DNA of 64,000 nt from Bacilli bacterium (GTDB taxonomy: Bacteria; Bacillota_I; Bacilli_A; ML615J-28; CAG-698): assembly GCA_017450215.1 (NCBI GenBank), contig JAFSVH010000017.1:3497-67496 (forward strand), given 5' to 3'. Below the pieces are notes generated by a model, which saw only the letters and a program-made list of their open reading frames with translations, made no database searches and was not told the DNA's origin. A program made the position numbers and the translations under genes. This document shows positions 29,034 through 40,068 of this stretch, one piece after another; the stretch's first letter is position 1; each line of letters starts with the position of its first letter.

Positions 29034-29972
29034 ATGGAAAAGAAGTATCATGATATTTATAAAAAGATAAGTGAATATGGAACAATTATTATTCACAGAC
29101 ATGCACGACCAGATGGTGATGCAATAGGAAGCCAAATAGGCTTAAGAGAAGCGATAAAACAAACATTCCCATATAAAAAGATATTAATGACTGGTGATAT
29201 GACTGATAGATTTGCCTTTATGGGGAAGATGGATGACGTTAAAGACAGCGACTATAATCAAGCGTTAGTGTTTATACTTGATTCTGGAGATGAATTTTTA
29301 ATTAGTGATGATAGATATAAAAATGGAAAATATATAATTAGAATAGATCATCATGTCCCTAAAAATTTGTTTGCTCATATTGAATTAATTAATCCAAATG
29401 AAATATCTTGTTCTTTAATGATTGCGAAAATGATTTTCGCAACAAGAATGCGTCTTAATAGTTTAGGCGCAAAAGCATTATTTTTAGGACTTGTGACTGA
29501 TAGTGGTAGATTTAGATATGATGGCTTAGATAAAGAAACCTTTGAAATAGCAGGCAAATTGATTAATTATGGTTTTGATTACCTTGATTTATATAATAAC
29601 ATTTATACAGAAGAACTAGAATTTGTAAAATTGAGAGCTAACCTTACAACAAAATTTAAGACAACTGAAAAAGGGGTAGCATATTTGATTAATACTCAAG
29701 AAGAAGTGAAACAATATAATGTTGATATGTTTACTATTTCTCGTGGTATGGTAAGTATAATGAGTGGCATCAAAGGAATAGATATTTGGGCAAATTTTAC
29801 TGAAGATGTTGATGGAAAAATAATTGTGGAATTAAGATGCAATAATAAATATAACGTTAATGGTATAGCATTGAAATATGGTGGTGGAGGTCATAAACAA
29901 GCAAGTGGCTGTACATTATCATGCAATGATGATATCAAAAACGTCTTAGCTGATCTTGATAAATTATTATAA
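29034..29972 (+). CDS. nrnA: DHH/DHHA1 phosphoesterase, NrnA-like (nanoRNase / pAp phosphatase)
   Basis: DHH motifs HRHARPDGDAIGS and DHH, plus the DHHA1 GGGH motif. Confidence 0.75.
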   Translation: MEKKYHDIYKKISEYGTIIIHRHARPDGDAIGSQIGLREAIKQTFPYKKILMTGDMTDRFAFMGKMDDVKDSDYNQALVFILDSGDEFLISDDRYKNGKYIIRIDHHVPKNLFAHIELINPNEISCSLMIAKMIFATRMRLNSLGAKALFLGLVTDSGRFRYDGLDKETFEIAGKLINYGFDYLDLYNNIYTEELEFVKLRANLTTKFKTTEKGVAYLINTQEEVKQYNVDMFTISRGMVSIMSGIKGIDIWANFTEDVDGKIIVELRCNNKYNVNGIALKYGGGGHKQASGCTLSCNDDIKNVLADLDKLL

Positions 29973-29984
29973 AGGACAAAAAAG

Positions 29985-30956
29985 ATGGATAGAGAAATTG
30001 TTGAACGAATTATTAATAAAATTAAAGAATATGACACAATTATTATTCATAGGCATATTAGACCTGATGGTGATGCAATCGGCACATCACTTGGTTTGAG
30101 AGATGGCTTAAGGGAGTCGTTCCCTAATAAGAATATATATTCTGTTGGTGCGGATTTACCTGACTATTTAAGTTTTGTCGGTGAAGAGGATGTTGTTCAA
30201 GATGAATTATACGAAAATGCTCTTGCTATTGTTGTCGATACTGCTGTAGCTGATAGAGTGTATGATCAAAGATTCTTAAAGGCTAAAGAAATAATTAAGA
30301 TAGACCATCATATTGTTGTTGATAGCTATGGTGTGATTAATTATGTTCAAGAAAAATATGGATCATGCAGTCAAATTATAGCTGAAATGTTTTATGAATT
30401 TCCTGATGTGCTTAAGATGAACAAAAGCGCAGCAAGATATCTGTTACTCGCAATGATTACTGATACAGGAAGATTTAAATTTACAATCGATGGTGGCGGA
30501 TTAAGAATGGCTGCTTTTTTGGTTGATTTTGGTATCGATGTTGAGATGTTATATGCAAATTTATACACTAAGGATAAAGAAGTTTATAAATTAACAGGTT
30601 GGGTATATGATAATTTTGAAATATCAGAAAATGGTGTTGCTTATATCAAAATAACAAAAGATATAAAGAAAAAGTATCATGTAAGTAATGAAGATGCATC
30701 TAATACAGTTAATCTTCTTGATTCAATTAGAGGGTCTATGATTTGGCTTTTATTTAATGAACAAGATGAAGAAATCCGCGTTAGATTGCGTTCAAGATTT
30801 ATTGAAGTTGATAAAATTGCCAATAATTATAAAGGTGGTGGACATGCTAATGCCGCTGGTGCAACAGTATATTCATTTGAAGAAGCAGACCAATTAATTC
30901 TAGAATGTGACCAATTATTAAAAGAATATAAAGAAAACAATAAGGATAAATTCTAA
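29985..30956 (+). CDS. Second DHH/DHHA1 phosphoesterase, NrnA paralog
   Basis: HRHIRPDGDAIGT, DHH and GGGH motifs. Tandem paralog of the preceding gene. Confidence 0.75.
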   Translation: MDREIVERIINKIKEYDTIIIHRHIRPDGDAIGTSLGLRDGLRESFPNKNIYSVGADLPDYLSFVGEEDVVQDELYENALAIVVDTAVADRVYDQRFLKAKEIIKIDHHIVVDSYGVINYVQEKYGSCSQIIAEMFYEFPDVLKMNKSAARYLLLAMITDTGRFKFTIDGGGLRMAAFLVDFGIDVEMLYANLYTKDKEVYKLTGWVYDNFEISENGVAYIKITKDIKKKYHVSNEDASNTVNLLDSIRGSMIWLLFNEQDEEIRVRLRSRFIEVDKIANNYKGGGHANAAGATVYSFEEADQLILECDQLLKEYKENNKDKF

Positions 30957-31675
30957 TGAATATATTAGTGACTAATGATGATGGATACAATGCTTTTGGT
31001 TTAAAATTGCTTGTTAAACACGCTCTTAAGTATGGAAATGTTTATGTTGTTGCTCCAAAAGAAGAACAATCAGGAAAAAGCCACTCTTTAACATTAAGAA
31101 AGCATTATGCTGTTGAAAAGTGTGAAGATGTTATGCCAGGCGTTCCCACTTGGAAGGTTGACTCAACACCTGCTGATTGTGTTAGGATAGCACATTATTA
31201 TTTAAAATTAGATTTTGATATCGTTTTTTCAGGAATTAATGCAGGGTTCAATATTGGTGATGATATTATTTATTCTGGAACAACTGCTGCTGCAACTGAA
31301 GCAATATTGTGCGGTAAAAAAGCAATTGCTTTTTCTACAAATCATAATACTTTTGAGGGAGCTATTAATAAGATAGAGGAAGTATTAGAATATATATTTA
31401 AAAATAAATTACTTGATTGTTGGAATTTATATAATGTAAATATTCCTCAAGGTGCAACAAAAATTGTATATGCTCCACAGGGTGGATTACATTATGATCC
31501 TAAATATGAATTGGCGGATGATAATTTGGTTGATCCTAAAGCGATTGTTTTGTGGACAAGATTAGATAATAAAGGCAGTGATATCGATATGATATTTAAA
31601 AAATATATAGTTATTACTCCTTTGTTGACTGATAGGACAAATTATATGATATTGGAAAAATTAAATAATCAATAA
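30956..31675 (+). CDS. surE: 5'/3'-nucleotidase SurE
   Basis: N-terminal MNILVTNDDGY signature. Confidence 0.85.
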   Translation: MNILVTNDDGYNAFGLKLLVKHALKYGNVYVVAPKEEQSGKSHSLTLRKHYAVEKCEDVMPGVPTWKVDSTPADCVRIAHYYLKLDFDIVFSGINAGFNIGDDIIYSGTTAAATEAILCGKKAIAFSTNHNTFEGAINKIEEVLEYIFKNKLLDCWNLYNVNIPQGATKIVYAPQGGLHYDPKYELADDNLVDPKAIVLWTRLDNKGSDIDMIFKKYIVITPLLTDRTNYMILEKLNNQ

Positions 31676-31737
31676 TTAAAGATTGAAAAAATTATAGATT
31701 TAGTGTAAAATCAAATAGAAGATATTGGAGGTCTTTT

Positions 31738-32298
31738 ATGAACGAAAAAGAAAGATATGCTGAAATGTCTCTTTTAGAAACTGCTAAAGAGATAATGAAA
31801 AAGAAAAAGAAACCACGTACATTAGAAAGTATTACTAAAGAAGTATTTGAAAAAAAGGGATACAGCACTAAAGACTTAAGAGAAGTTGCTCAATTTGAAT
31901 TAGACTTTATGGCTAGTGGTCTTTTTATATATTGTGGAAAAGATAAAAAAGAAAATCAATTATGGGATTTTAAAGATAGACAAAAATCTGCTTTGCTTGA
32001 TAAAGACGTTTATAATGATCCACTTGAAGATGATGAAGAAATCACAAAGAATATGCTTCAAGAAGATAATAATTATGAAGACAAGAATTTATTAATAAAT
32101 GATGATGAAGAACCAGAAAACGATGAAGTTGATGATATTCAAGAAGATTTAGGTCTAATCGAAGAAGATGCTGAAACATCTGTAGTCGATAGTAATCTTT
32201 ACGATGAAAATGGTAATTTTGATTATGATGAAGATGAAGAAGATGAAAATGATGATGTAGAGGATTTGTCTAACGAGTTTGACGAAGAAGATAAATAA
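31738..32298 (+). CDS. rpoE: DNA-directed RNA polymerase subunit delta
   Basis: HARE-HTH N-domain (LLETAKEIMKKKKKP...FELDFMASGLF) followed by a long aspartate/glutamate-rich tail. Confidence 0.75.
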   Translation: MNEKERYAEMSLLETAKEIMKKKKKPRTLESITKEVFEKKGYSTKDLREVAQFELDFMASGLFIYCGKDKKENQLWDFKDRQKSALLDKDVYNDPLEDDEEITKNMLQEDNNYEDKNLLINDDEEPENDEVDDIQEDLGLIEEDAETSVVDSNLYDENGNFDYDEDEEDENDDVEDLSNEFDEEDK

Positions 32299-32313
32299 TA
32301 AATAGTTACAAAT

Positions 32314-32342
32314 GTGAGGAAAATATTTTCCTCATTTTTGCA
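32314..32342 (+). terminator. Intrinsic terminator after rpoE
   Basis: Palindrome GAGGAAAATATTTTCCTC at 32316-32333 followed by ATTTTTG. Confidence 0.55.
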
Positions 32343-32409
32343 AATATACGTAAAAAATTAAAATAATGGTAGTTATCTTTATTTAAGATAAAGCATAAAG
32401 GAGGTATCA

Positions 32410-33249
32410 ATGTATATTATTGATGGAAAAGAAGTTAGTAAAACAATTAAAAATAAAGTAAAAGAAGAAATTATGGTCAATAATTATAAGCCATGCTTGC
32501 TTGTTATTATGGTTGGTAACAATCCAGCAAGTTTAGTTTATATTTCTTCTAAAGAAAAAGCATGTAATAAAGCAGGTATTGAAGCAAGAACAATTATGCT
32601 TCCTGAAAATACATCACAGAAAGAATTAATTGATGTGATTGAAAAAGCAAATAATGATAAAACTGTTCATGCAATATTAGTTCAGCTTCCTTTACCAAAT
32701 CATATGGACACAAAAGAAGTAATTGATACCATTAAGCCTGAAAAAGATGTAGACGGACTGACTTCAACAAATCAAGGTAAGCTAGTTTTAGGTAATGCAA
32801 GTATTATTCCGTGTACACCAAAAGGAATATTATCATTATTTGATGCATATAATATTGACTTAACAGGTAAAAATGCTGTTGTAATTGGAAGAAGCTCTTT
32901 AGTTGGTAAACCAACAGCACTAGTTATGCTTCAAAGGAATGCTACTATAACAATGGCTCATTCTAAAACCAAGAATCTTAAAGAGATTTGTTTAAATAGC
33001 GATATAATAGTTTGTGCAGTTGGTAAACCTAAATTAATTACAGCAGACATGGTAAAAGAAGGCGCTATTGTAATAGATGTTGGTATTAATAGAGTATATG
33101 ACACTATTGTTGGGGATGTAGATTATTATAATGTAAGCAAACTAGCATCAAGAATTACACCAGTACCTGGAGGAGTTGGACCAATGACAATTGCATCTCT
33201 TTTAGAGAATGTAGTAGAATGTTATAAAATTCAAAAAAATATTAAATAA
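32410..33249 (+). CDS. folD: Bifunctional methylenetetrahydrofolate dehydrogenase/cyclohydrolase
   Basis: FolD signatures: YxxxK region, GRSxxVGKP and PGGVGPMT. Confidence 0.9.
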   Translation: MYIIDGKEVSKTIKNKVKEEIMVNNYKPCLLVIMVGNNPASLVYISSKEKACNKAGIEARTIMLPENTSQKELIDVIEKANNDKTVHAILVQLPLPNHMDTKEVIDTIKPEKDVDGLTSTNQGKLVLGNASIIPCTPKGILSLFDAYNIDLTGKNAVVIGRSSLVGKPTALVMLQRNATITMAHSKTKNLKEICLNSDIIVCAVGKPKLITADMVKEGAIVIDVGINRVYDTIVGDVDYYNVSKLASRITPVPGGVGPMTIASLLENVVECYKIQKNIK

Positions 33250-33263
33250 ATTTTGGAGTCGCT

Positions 33264-33824
33264 ATGAAATTAATTGTTGGATTGGGTAACCCTGGAAGAA
33301 AATATAAAAAAACAAGACATAATGTTGGTTTTATGTTTGTGGATCAACTTGCTAAAGATTTAGATTTAAAATTCAAACTTGATGCAAGTAAAAAGAGTGA
33401 AATATGTGAAACTTTAGTTGATGGAGAAAAAATAATTATAATTAAGCCACAAACATATATGAATTTAAGCGGTGAAGCCGTAAAGCAAGTGGCTAATTTT
33501 TACAAAGTTGAACTAAATGAAATGTTAATTATCCATGATGATATGGATTTAGATGTTGGTCATATCAGAATTAGACAAAAAGGTAGTAGTGCAGGACATA
33601 AAGGAATGCAAAACATAATTGACCTTTTTGGAACAAACGATATAGCACGTGTAAGAATAGGAATATCTAAACCTATTGGTGAATTAGTAATTAATTATGT
33701 ATTAGAAGACTTTCTTAAAGAAGAAAGAATTCAAATTGAGACTTTTTTTGAAGAGGCTAAAAATATTGTTTTAGACTTTAATAAAATCACTTTTGAGGAA
33801 TTAATGAGTAAATACAATAGATAA
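33264..33824 (+). CDS. pth: Peptidyl-tRNA hydrolase
   Basis: MKLIVGLGNPG, HNVGF and catalytic-site motifs. The pth-mfd pair is conserved. Confidence 0.9.
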   Translation: MKLIVGLGNPGRKYKKTRHNVGFMFVDQLAKDLDLKFKLDASKKSEICETLVDGEKIIIIKPQTYMNLSGEAVKQVANFYKVELNEMLIIHDDMDLDVGHIRIRQKGSSAGHKGMQNIIDLFGTNDIARVRIGISKPIGELVINYVLEDFLKEERIQIETFFEEAKNIVLDFNKITFEELMSKYNR

Positions 33825-33844
33825 AACAATTGTGAGGAGATGTT

Positions 33845-36800
33845 ATGGGTAAAGGGTTAGAGCTATTTGCATCAAATAACGTCGTACAAAAAATATTTAA
33901 AGAGGCTCTGAATAACAAAAAAGTATTGGTTAATGAATCAACAGAAAATTACAATTGCTTATTAGCAGCTAGTATGTTTTTAGATGATAACAATAATAAT
34001 ACTATATTTCTTATTGAAACGAATGCATATAAAGCATCAATTTGCTATGACAAAATAAGCAAATTAATTGGCTATGATAATGTTATGCTATATGCAATAG
34101 ATGAAGTAATAGCAAGCGAGCTAGATGCAGTTAGTAATGAATTCAAAGTTGAGCGAATTAACACAATAAAAGAATTGCTGTTAAAAAACAAGAAAGTTAT
34201 TGTTACACATATAACAGCAGCTTTAAAAAAAATACTACCTTCAGATGTTTTTCTAAATAATATTATTAAAATAAAAAAGAATTCAATATTAGATATCAAA
34301 ATGTTAATTAAAAACTTAATTAACATTGGATATAAGAAATCTCCAACTACTAATATAGTTGGCGATTTTAGCGTTCGTGGGGGTGTTATAGATATTTACC
34401 CTCTAAATTATAATAATCCAATTAGACTAGATTTGTTTGATGATGAAGTAGAAAATATTAAATTTTTTGATTTACAAACTCAAAGAAGCATAAAAACAGA
34501 AGTAATTAATGAGATATCAATTTATCCTAATGTTGAGATAATATATGATGATGGAGAAGCAATTGCTAATAAGATTATAAGATCTTTAAATAATGTAATT
34601 GATGAACAAGTTGAAAAAGATTTATTTGATATCAAAGAACATAATTTAACTGATAAATTAAATAAATATCAGAATTATATTTATCAGAAAACCGAATTGA
34701 TAACTGAATATGCAGAAAATAAGGTTGTTTTATTTTCAGATGTAAAAGCATTATTTGATTGTTATATTAAAACATTAACAGAATTGACTGAATATTTAAG
34801 CACTAAAGGTTCTATAAGTAGATTAAATTTATCTTATTATGATGATTTTTATTCAATATTTAGCGATGGAAAGCAAATATATTTACAGAAAGATGAAAAT
34901 GACATAAAAGAATTATTAATGTATAATGTGAGACTTGATGCTGAGAGCTACGTTGTAAATCATTACAAGAATGATGTTAGAGTGTTTTTAGAGGATATCA
35001 AAAGAAGTAATAATAAAACTAAAATGATTACAGTTACAAATCCTGAAACTAAAAAGATGTTAATTGAATCTTTAGGTATTGATAATATTATTAAATATGA
35101 TATCGAAATTGTAGTTGATTCTAATTCAATTAGTTTTGCTTTTACCGATGTTATATGTGTTGATGAAAGTTCAATCTATAAAAAGATGGATTTAAAGCAT
35201 ACAAAATATCGAAGCACATATCAAAACACGACTAAGATTAATTCTAAAGATGATATTAAACCAGGAGATTATATAGTTCATTATGATTATGGAATTGGTA
35301 AATATAATGGAATCAAGAGTATTGAATTAAATGATATAATAAATGATTATTTATCAATCACTTATGCTAATATGGATTTGTTCATTCCTGTAGAAAAAAT
35401 TAATCTTTTAGAAAAATATCAAACTGAAGAAGGATATTTGCCAAAACTAACAAATATTGGAAATGGTGAATGGGAAAAGAAAAAAGGAAAAGTAAGAGAG
35501 AAAATTGAGAATCTAGCTAGAGATTTGGTTTTGCTTCAAGCTGTTCGTGAATCCAAAAAAGGATATAAGTATGATAAAGATGAAGAGATTCAAAAGGAAT
35601 TTGAAGAAGATTTTGCATATATAGAAACAAAAGATCAGCTTCAAACTATCGATGATATCAAAAAAGACATGGAAGAAGGAAAGATTATCGATAGATTAGT
35701 TTGCGGTGATGTCGGATATGGAAAGACTGAAGTTGCAATTAGGATTGCGATGAAAACAGTATTGAATGGAAAGCAAGTAGCATATCTTGCTCCGACCACC
35801 ATTTTAACAAGGCAACACTATAATGTGTTTAAAGAAAGAATGAAAAAATATGGTTGTAATGTTGCATTGATTAATAGACTAGTAAGTAGAAGTGATATCA
35901 AAAAGACATATCAAGGACTTAAAAGTGGAGAAATTGATGTAGTAATTGGAACACATGCTTTACTTAATGATAAGATTGAGTATAAAGATTTAGGTTTATT
36001 AATAATAGATGAAGAACAAAGATTTGGTGTAGTTCATAAAGAGAAGATAAAGCAATATAAAAACAACATTAATGTATTAACATTAACTGCAACTCCTATC
36101 CCTAGAACACTTCAGATGTCTTTAATGGGTGCTAAGCAAATGAGTTTAATTGAGACTCCTCCACAAAATAGATATCCTATTCAAACATATGTACTTGAAA
36201 AGAATGATACAATTATTAGAGAGGCTATATATAACGAATTAGGACGTGGTGGGCAAGTATTTTATTTACATAATCGAATAGAAGATTTAGAAATTGTACG
36301 AAGCAGAATTGAAAAGCAAGTTCCTGAAGCAAGGATAATTACAGCTCATGGAAGAATGAACAAAGTTGAACTTGAGAATGCAATTCAAGAATTTGTTGAC
36401 AAAAATTATGATGTATTAATTTGCACTACTATAATTGAAACAGGAATTGATATACCAAACTCTAATACATTGCTTGTTGATATGTCTGATAGGCTCGGTC
36501 TTGCACAAATGTATCAAATTAGAGGAAGAGTAGGCAGAAGTGATCGTGTTTCATATGCTTATTTCATGTACGATTCACACACAATTCTTACTGAAGAAGG
36601 CGAAGCAAGATTAAAGGCAATTAAAGAGTTCACTAATTTAGGAAGTGGATATAAAATTGCAATGCGTGATTTAACAATACGTGGTGCTGGAGACTTTTTA
36701 GGTAAGGAGCAATCAGGATACATTGATCAAATTGGCTTTGATTTATATATTAAAATGCTAGATGATTGTTTGAACGAAGTAAATAATATTAAGACCGAAA

Positions 36801-37267
36801 ATGAACAAAATGCGTTTTTAGATGAGTTCCAAGTATCTAAGCATATCGATAACGATTATACATCTGATGATGAAATTAAAATTTATATTCATAAGCAGAT
36901 TAATAATATCAAATCAAAAGAAGATAAATATAACGTAATTAATGATATTGAAGATCGATTTGGAAAACTAAATAGTGGAATCAAAGATTATATTCAAAAA
37001 CAATATATTGATGCTATAGCGAGAAGCATGGGGGTTGAATCAATCAAGGTCAATGATTTTAAAGTTAATGTGATATTTAATAAAGAAGCATCAAAAAAAA
37101 TTAATAGTAAAACAATAATGAAAATTGTGTTTGAATTAGGTGAAGACTATTCAATACAATATAAAAATAATAAATATATTATTTCAATAAATAGATTTAC
37201 TAATTCTAAAAAATGGATGTACACTTTAGAATATATCTTGTTTCAATTATTCCCTAATAAATTATAA
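33845..37267 (+). CDS. mfd: Transcription-repair coupling factor
   Basis: 1140 aa. UvrB-homology N-terminus, RNAP-interacting domain, superfamily 2 helicase motifs (GDVGYGKTEVA, DEEQRFG) and a TRG motif. Confidence 0.9.
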   Translation: MGKGLELFASNNVVQKIFKEALNNKKVLVNESTENYNCLLAASMFLDDNNNNTIFLIETNAYKASICYDKISKLIGYDNVMLYAIDEVIASELDAVSNEFKVERINTIKELLLKNKKVIVTHITAALKKILPSDVFLNNIIKIKKNSILDIKMLIKNLINIGYKKSPTTNIVGDFSVRGGVIDIYPLNYNNPIRLDLFDDEVENIKFFDLQTQRSIKTEVINEISIYPNVEIIYDDGEAIANKIIRSLNNVIDEQVEKDLFDIKEHNLTDKLNKYQNYIYQKTELITEYAENKVVLFSDVKALFDCYIKTLTELTEYLSTKGSISRLNLSYYDDFYSIFSDGKQIYLQKDENDIKELLMYNVRLDAESYVVNHYKNDVRVFLEDIKRSNNKTKMITVTNPETKKMLIESLGIDNIIKYDIEIVVDSNSISFAFTDVICVDESSIYKKMDLKHTKYRSTYQNTTKINSKDDIKPGDYIVHYDYGIGKYNGIKSIELNDIINDYLSITYANMDLFIPVEKINLLEKYQTEEGYLPKLTNIGNGEWEKKKGKVREKIENLARDLVLLQAVRESKKGYKYDKDEEIQKEFEEDFAYIETKDQLQTIDDIKKDMEEGKIIDRLVCGDVGYGKTEVAIRIAMKTVLNGKQVAYLAPTTILTRQHYNVFKERMKKYGCNVALINRLVSRSDIKKTYQGLKSGEIDVVIGTHALLNDKIEYKDLGLLIIDEEQRFGVVHKEKIKQYKNNINVLTLTATPIPRTLQMSLMGAKQMSLIETPPQNRYPIQTYVLEKNDTIIREAIYNELGRGGQVFYLHNRIEDLEIVRSRIEKQVPEARIITAHGRMNKVELENAIQEFVDKNYDVLICTTIIETGIDIPNSNTLLVDMSDRLGLAQMYQIRGRVGRSDRVSYAYFMYDSHTILTEEGEARLKAIKEFTNLGSGYKIAMRDLTIRGAGDFLGKEQSGYIDQIGFDLYIKMLDDCLNEVNNIKTENEQNAFLDEFQVSKHIDNDYTSDDEIKIYIHKQINNIKSKEDKYNVINDIEDRFGKLNSGIKDYIQKQYIDAIARSMGVESIKVNDFKVNVIFNKEASKKINSKTIMKIVFELGEDYSIQYKNNKYIISINRFTNSKKWMYTLEYILFQLFPNKL

Positions 37268-37270
37268 TAC

Positions 37271-37299
37271 TTGAAACTATATTGATAATGTAGTATAAT
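37271..37299 (+). promoter_or_regulatory. Sigma-A promoter (TTGAAA, 17 nt, TATAAT) for the degV-like gene
   Basis: TTGAAA at 37271-37276, 17-nt spacer, TATAAT at 37294-37299. Confidence 0.5.
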
Positions 37300-37320
37300 G
37301 CACTAAAGAGGTGAAACTAA

Positions 37321-38178
37321 ATGGAAAAAATAGCAATCATGACGGATGTTAATGCTGGAACTGATTATTTGGATGAACAATATGATATTACTGTTTTGCG
37401 TTCTATGATTAATTTTGGTGATGAGCACTATGTTGATGGAGTTGATATCAAAGCAGATGAATTTTTTGATAGGTTACAAAAAACTGATGTAATTCCTTCT
37501 ACCTCAGCACCTACTGTTGGAGAAACAATGAATTATGTTGAGAAGCTAATTGATGAGGGTTATACCGATATTATTATGTACGCAATTAGTTTTAAACTTT
37601 CATGTATAGGAACAATGGTTCAAAGTGTTGCTGAAGAATATGAGGATAAGATTAAGATTCATGTTGTTGATACTAAAAGATCTGTTTTTGAGCAAGCATA
37701 TTTTGCTATAAATGCTTATAAAATGGCTAAAGAAGGCAAAAGTGTTAAGGAGATACTTGAAAGAAGCGATTTTTTAATTAACCATAGTCGTGAATTATTT
37801 ATTGTTGATGATTTAAAATATCTAGTAAAAAACGGAAGATTAAGTGGCTTTTCTGGTTTTATGGGTTCTTTACTTCAAATTAAACCGATATTAGAACTTA
37901 ACGATGAAGGTGCAATTGTAGTAAGACAAAAAGAAAGAACTCTAAAAAGAGGATTGAGTGAACTTCATGATATCGTAGCAAACGAAATTAAAGATGGTAA
38001 AAAAGTATACCTAACTGTATATCACACATGTAGATATGATGATGCAAAAGAATTAGAAAAACAATATTTAAAAGATTTTCCTAATGTTGTGAAATCACAT
38101 GTAATTTCTATTACTCCTGCTGTAGGAGCTCATATTGGATGCGGTGTATTAGGTTGTGGTTATATAATTTTAGAATAG
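37321..38178 (+). CDS. DegV family fatty-acid-binding protein
   Basis: DegV/EDD fold signature along the full length. Confidence 0.8.
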   Translation: MEKIAIMTDVNAGTDYLDEQYDITVLRSMINFGDEHYVDGVDIKADEFFDRLQKTDVIPSTSAPTVGETMNYVEKLIDEGYTDIIMYAISFKLSCIGTMVQSVAEEYEDKIKIHVVDTKRSVFEQAYFAINAYKMAKEGKSVKEILERSDFLINHSRELFIVDDLKYLVKNGRLSGFSGFMGSLLQIKPILELNDEGAIVVRQKERTLKRGLSELHDIVANEIKDGKKVYLTVYHTCRYDDAKELEKQYLKDFPNVVKSHVISITPAVGAHIGCGVLGCGYIILE

Positions 38179-38223
38179 GTTTGGTTCAAAACATATATTA
38201 CATATAAAAAAGGAGAGTGAATT

Positions 38224-39075
38224 ATGTTAGTAAATATGGTTGAAATGCTTGAAAAAGCAAAAGAAGGCAAGTATGCTGTTGGTCAATTCAATATTAACAA
38301 TCTTGAATGGACAAAAACAATTTTATCTGTTGCAGAAGAAATGAGATCTCCTGTTATCTTAGGTGTAAGTGAAGGCGCTGCTAAATATATGGGCGGCTTT
38401 AATACAGTTGTTGGAATGGTTAAAGGATTATTAGTTGATATGAAGATTACTGTTCCAGTTGCTATTCATCTTGATCATGGTCAATCTTTTGAAAATTGTA
38501 AGAAAGCTATTGATGCTGGATTCACATCAGTTATGATTGATGGTTCTCATCATCCAATTGATGAAAACATCGCTATGACTAAAGAAGTAGTTGATTATGC
38601 TCATGCACGTGGAATTAGCGTTGAAGCTGAAGTCGGAACAGTTGGTGGAACTGAAGATGGTGTTTATGGTGGAATTAAGTATGCTGATGAAGGCGAATGT
38701 GTTCGTATTGTTAATGAAGCAAAGGTTGATTGCTTAGCTCCAGCTCTTGGCTCTGTTCATGGACCATATAAAGGCGAACCAAAACTTGGTTTCGTTGAAA
38801 TGGAATCAATTAAAAACGCAACTAATAAGCCATTAGTATTACATGGTGGAACTGGTATTCCAGATGATATGATTAGAAAAGCTATTTCATGTGGAACTTG
38901 TAAAATCAATGTTAATACAGAATGTCAATTAGCATTCCATGCTGAAATTGTTAAAGTATTAGCTGCTAAACCTGAAGTATATGATCCAAGAAAGTTCATT
39001 GGACCAGCTACAGCAGGAATTGCAAATGCAGTAAAGGCTAAGATCGAAGTATTTGGTTCAGCTAATAAAGCTTAA
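38224..39075 (+). CDS. fba: Fructose-bisphosphate aldolase, class II
   Basis: HLDHG zinc ligands; pattern [10 protein letters not shown]...[10 protein letters not shown]. Confidence 0.9.
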   Translation: MLVNMVEMLEKAKEGKYAVGQFNINNLEWTKTILSVAEEMRSPVILGVSEGAAKYMGGFNTVVGMVKGLLVDMKITVPVAIHLDHGQSFENCKKAIDAGFTSVMIDGSHHPIDENIAMTKEVVDYAHARGISVEAEVGTVGGTEDGVYGGIKYADEGECVRIVNEAKVDCLAPALGSVHGPYKGEPKLGFVEMESIKNATNKPLVLHGGTGIPDDMIRKAISCGTCKINVNTECQLAFHAEIVKVLAAKPEVYDPRKFIGPATAGIANAVKAKIEVFGSANKA

Positions 39076-39092
39076 TTAAGAATATATTAAAA

Positions 39093-39132
39093 ATAACTAG
39101 AATAATGAAATGTTATTCTAGTTATTTTTTTA
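39093..39132 (+). terminator. Intrinsic terminator after fba
   Basis: 13-bp stem ATAACTAGAATAA / TTATTCTAGTTAT followed by a T-run. Confidence 0.6.
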
Positions 39133-39167
39133 TTTATGTTATATAATAAGTATTAGAGGAAAATAAA

Positions 39168-40067
39168 ATGAGATCTAAAAAAATATATATAAAATGTAAT
39201 AAGTGCGGAAAAGTTAACATTATAGGGAATTTAAATGAAGAGCTTAAATGTTCAAATTGTCATTTTCCTATGTCCATAAATGAATCTTTAATTATCAAAA
39301 ATAAAGAAAAATCAGCCGATAGACTACTTTATGAATTAGAAAATAAGATAATTATAGGTGATAGTTATAAATCAATTCTATCTATACTTATTGAAAAAGG
39401 TGTGGACAATGATTTAATTAAATATTTAAAATGCAAAAATGATAATACAAGTTTATCTTTTATTAGTGATTCATCGCCATATAAATGGCTTATTCTTAAA
39501 GATATTTTGAAAGACGATGAATTTACAATAGAAAAAAAGAAAGAATTAATCTCTTCAATAAGCATTACAGATAAAGAAATGTATTTTGAAATACTGAATG
39601 AGTCGATATTTAAGTTAGAAAAATCAAAAAAACTAATTGAAGAGCTAAAAAACAAAAAAATAGATATGGTGTTTAATGAACCAAAGTTGATAAACCATAA
39701 CATAACACCTGCAAAGATTGTTATTGGTGTGCTTTCAATTTTATTAATATTTATATTTACACTATTTTTTGATAATGATTTAGGAAAACCAATTTCAATA
39801 ATATTAAGTTTAATACCAAGTATTATTATTGGCGTTAATATTGTAGTAAATATAAAAATAAAAAAAGTATATCAAGTATTAGTTGGTATAATATTATGCT
39901 TTATCTTGTTCTATTTTATTTCATATATTTTAATAATAAGATATGATGGTTTAATTAATTTAACTCAACATATGAAAAATATTATTAATTCTGTTCCTAA
40001 TTTTGTACATGAGATATTCGAAAGATTAGAACTTAACGGAATTTTAGAAGAAGTTGAGGGAGAGTAA
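39168..40067 (+). CDS. Hypothetical protein: N-terminal C4 zinc ribbon, cytoplasmic region, 3 C-terminal TM helices
   Basis: CNKCGK...CSNCHF zinc-ribbon motif. TM helices after residue 180. No database family recognised by eye. Confidence 0.45.
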   Translation: MRSKKIYIKCNKCGKVNIIGNLNEELKCSNCHFPMSINESLIIKNKEKSADRLLYELENKIIIGDSYKSILSILIEKGVDNDLIKYLKCKNDNTSLSFISDSSPYKWLILKDILKDDEFTIEKKKELISSISITDKEMYFEILNESIFKLEKSKKLIEELKNKKIDMVFNEPKLINHNITPAKIVIGVLSILLIFIFTLFFDNDLGKPISIILSLIPSIIIGVNIVVNIKIKKVYQVLVGIILCFILFYFISYILIIRYDGLINLTQHMKNIINSVPNFVHEIFERLELNGILEEVEGE

Positions 40068-40068
40068 T

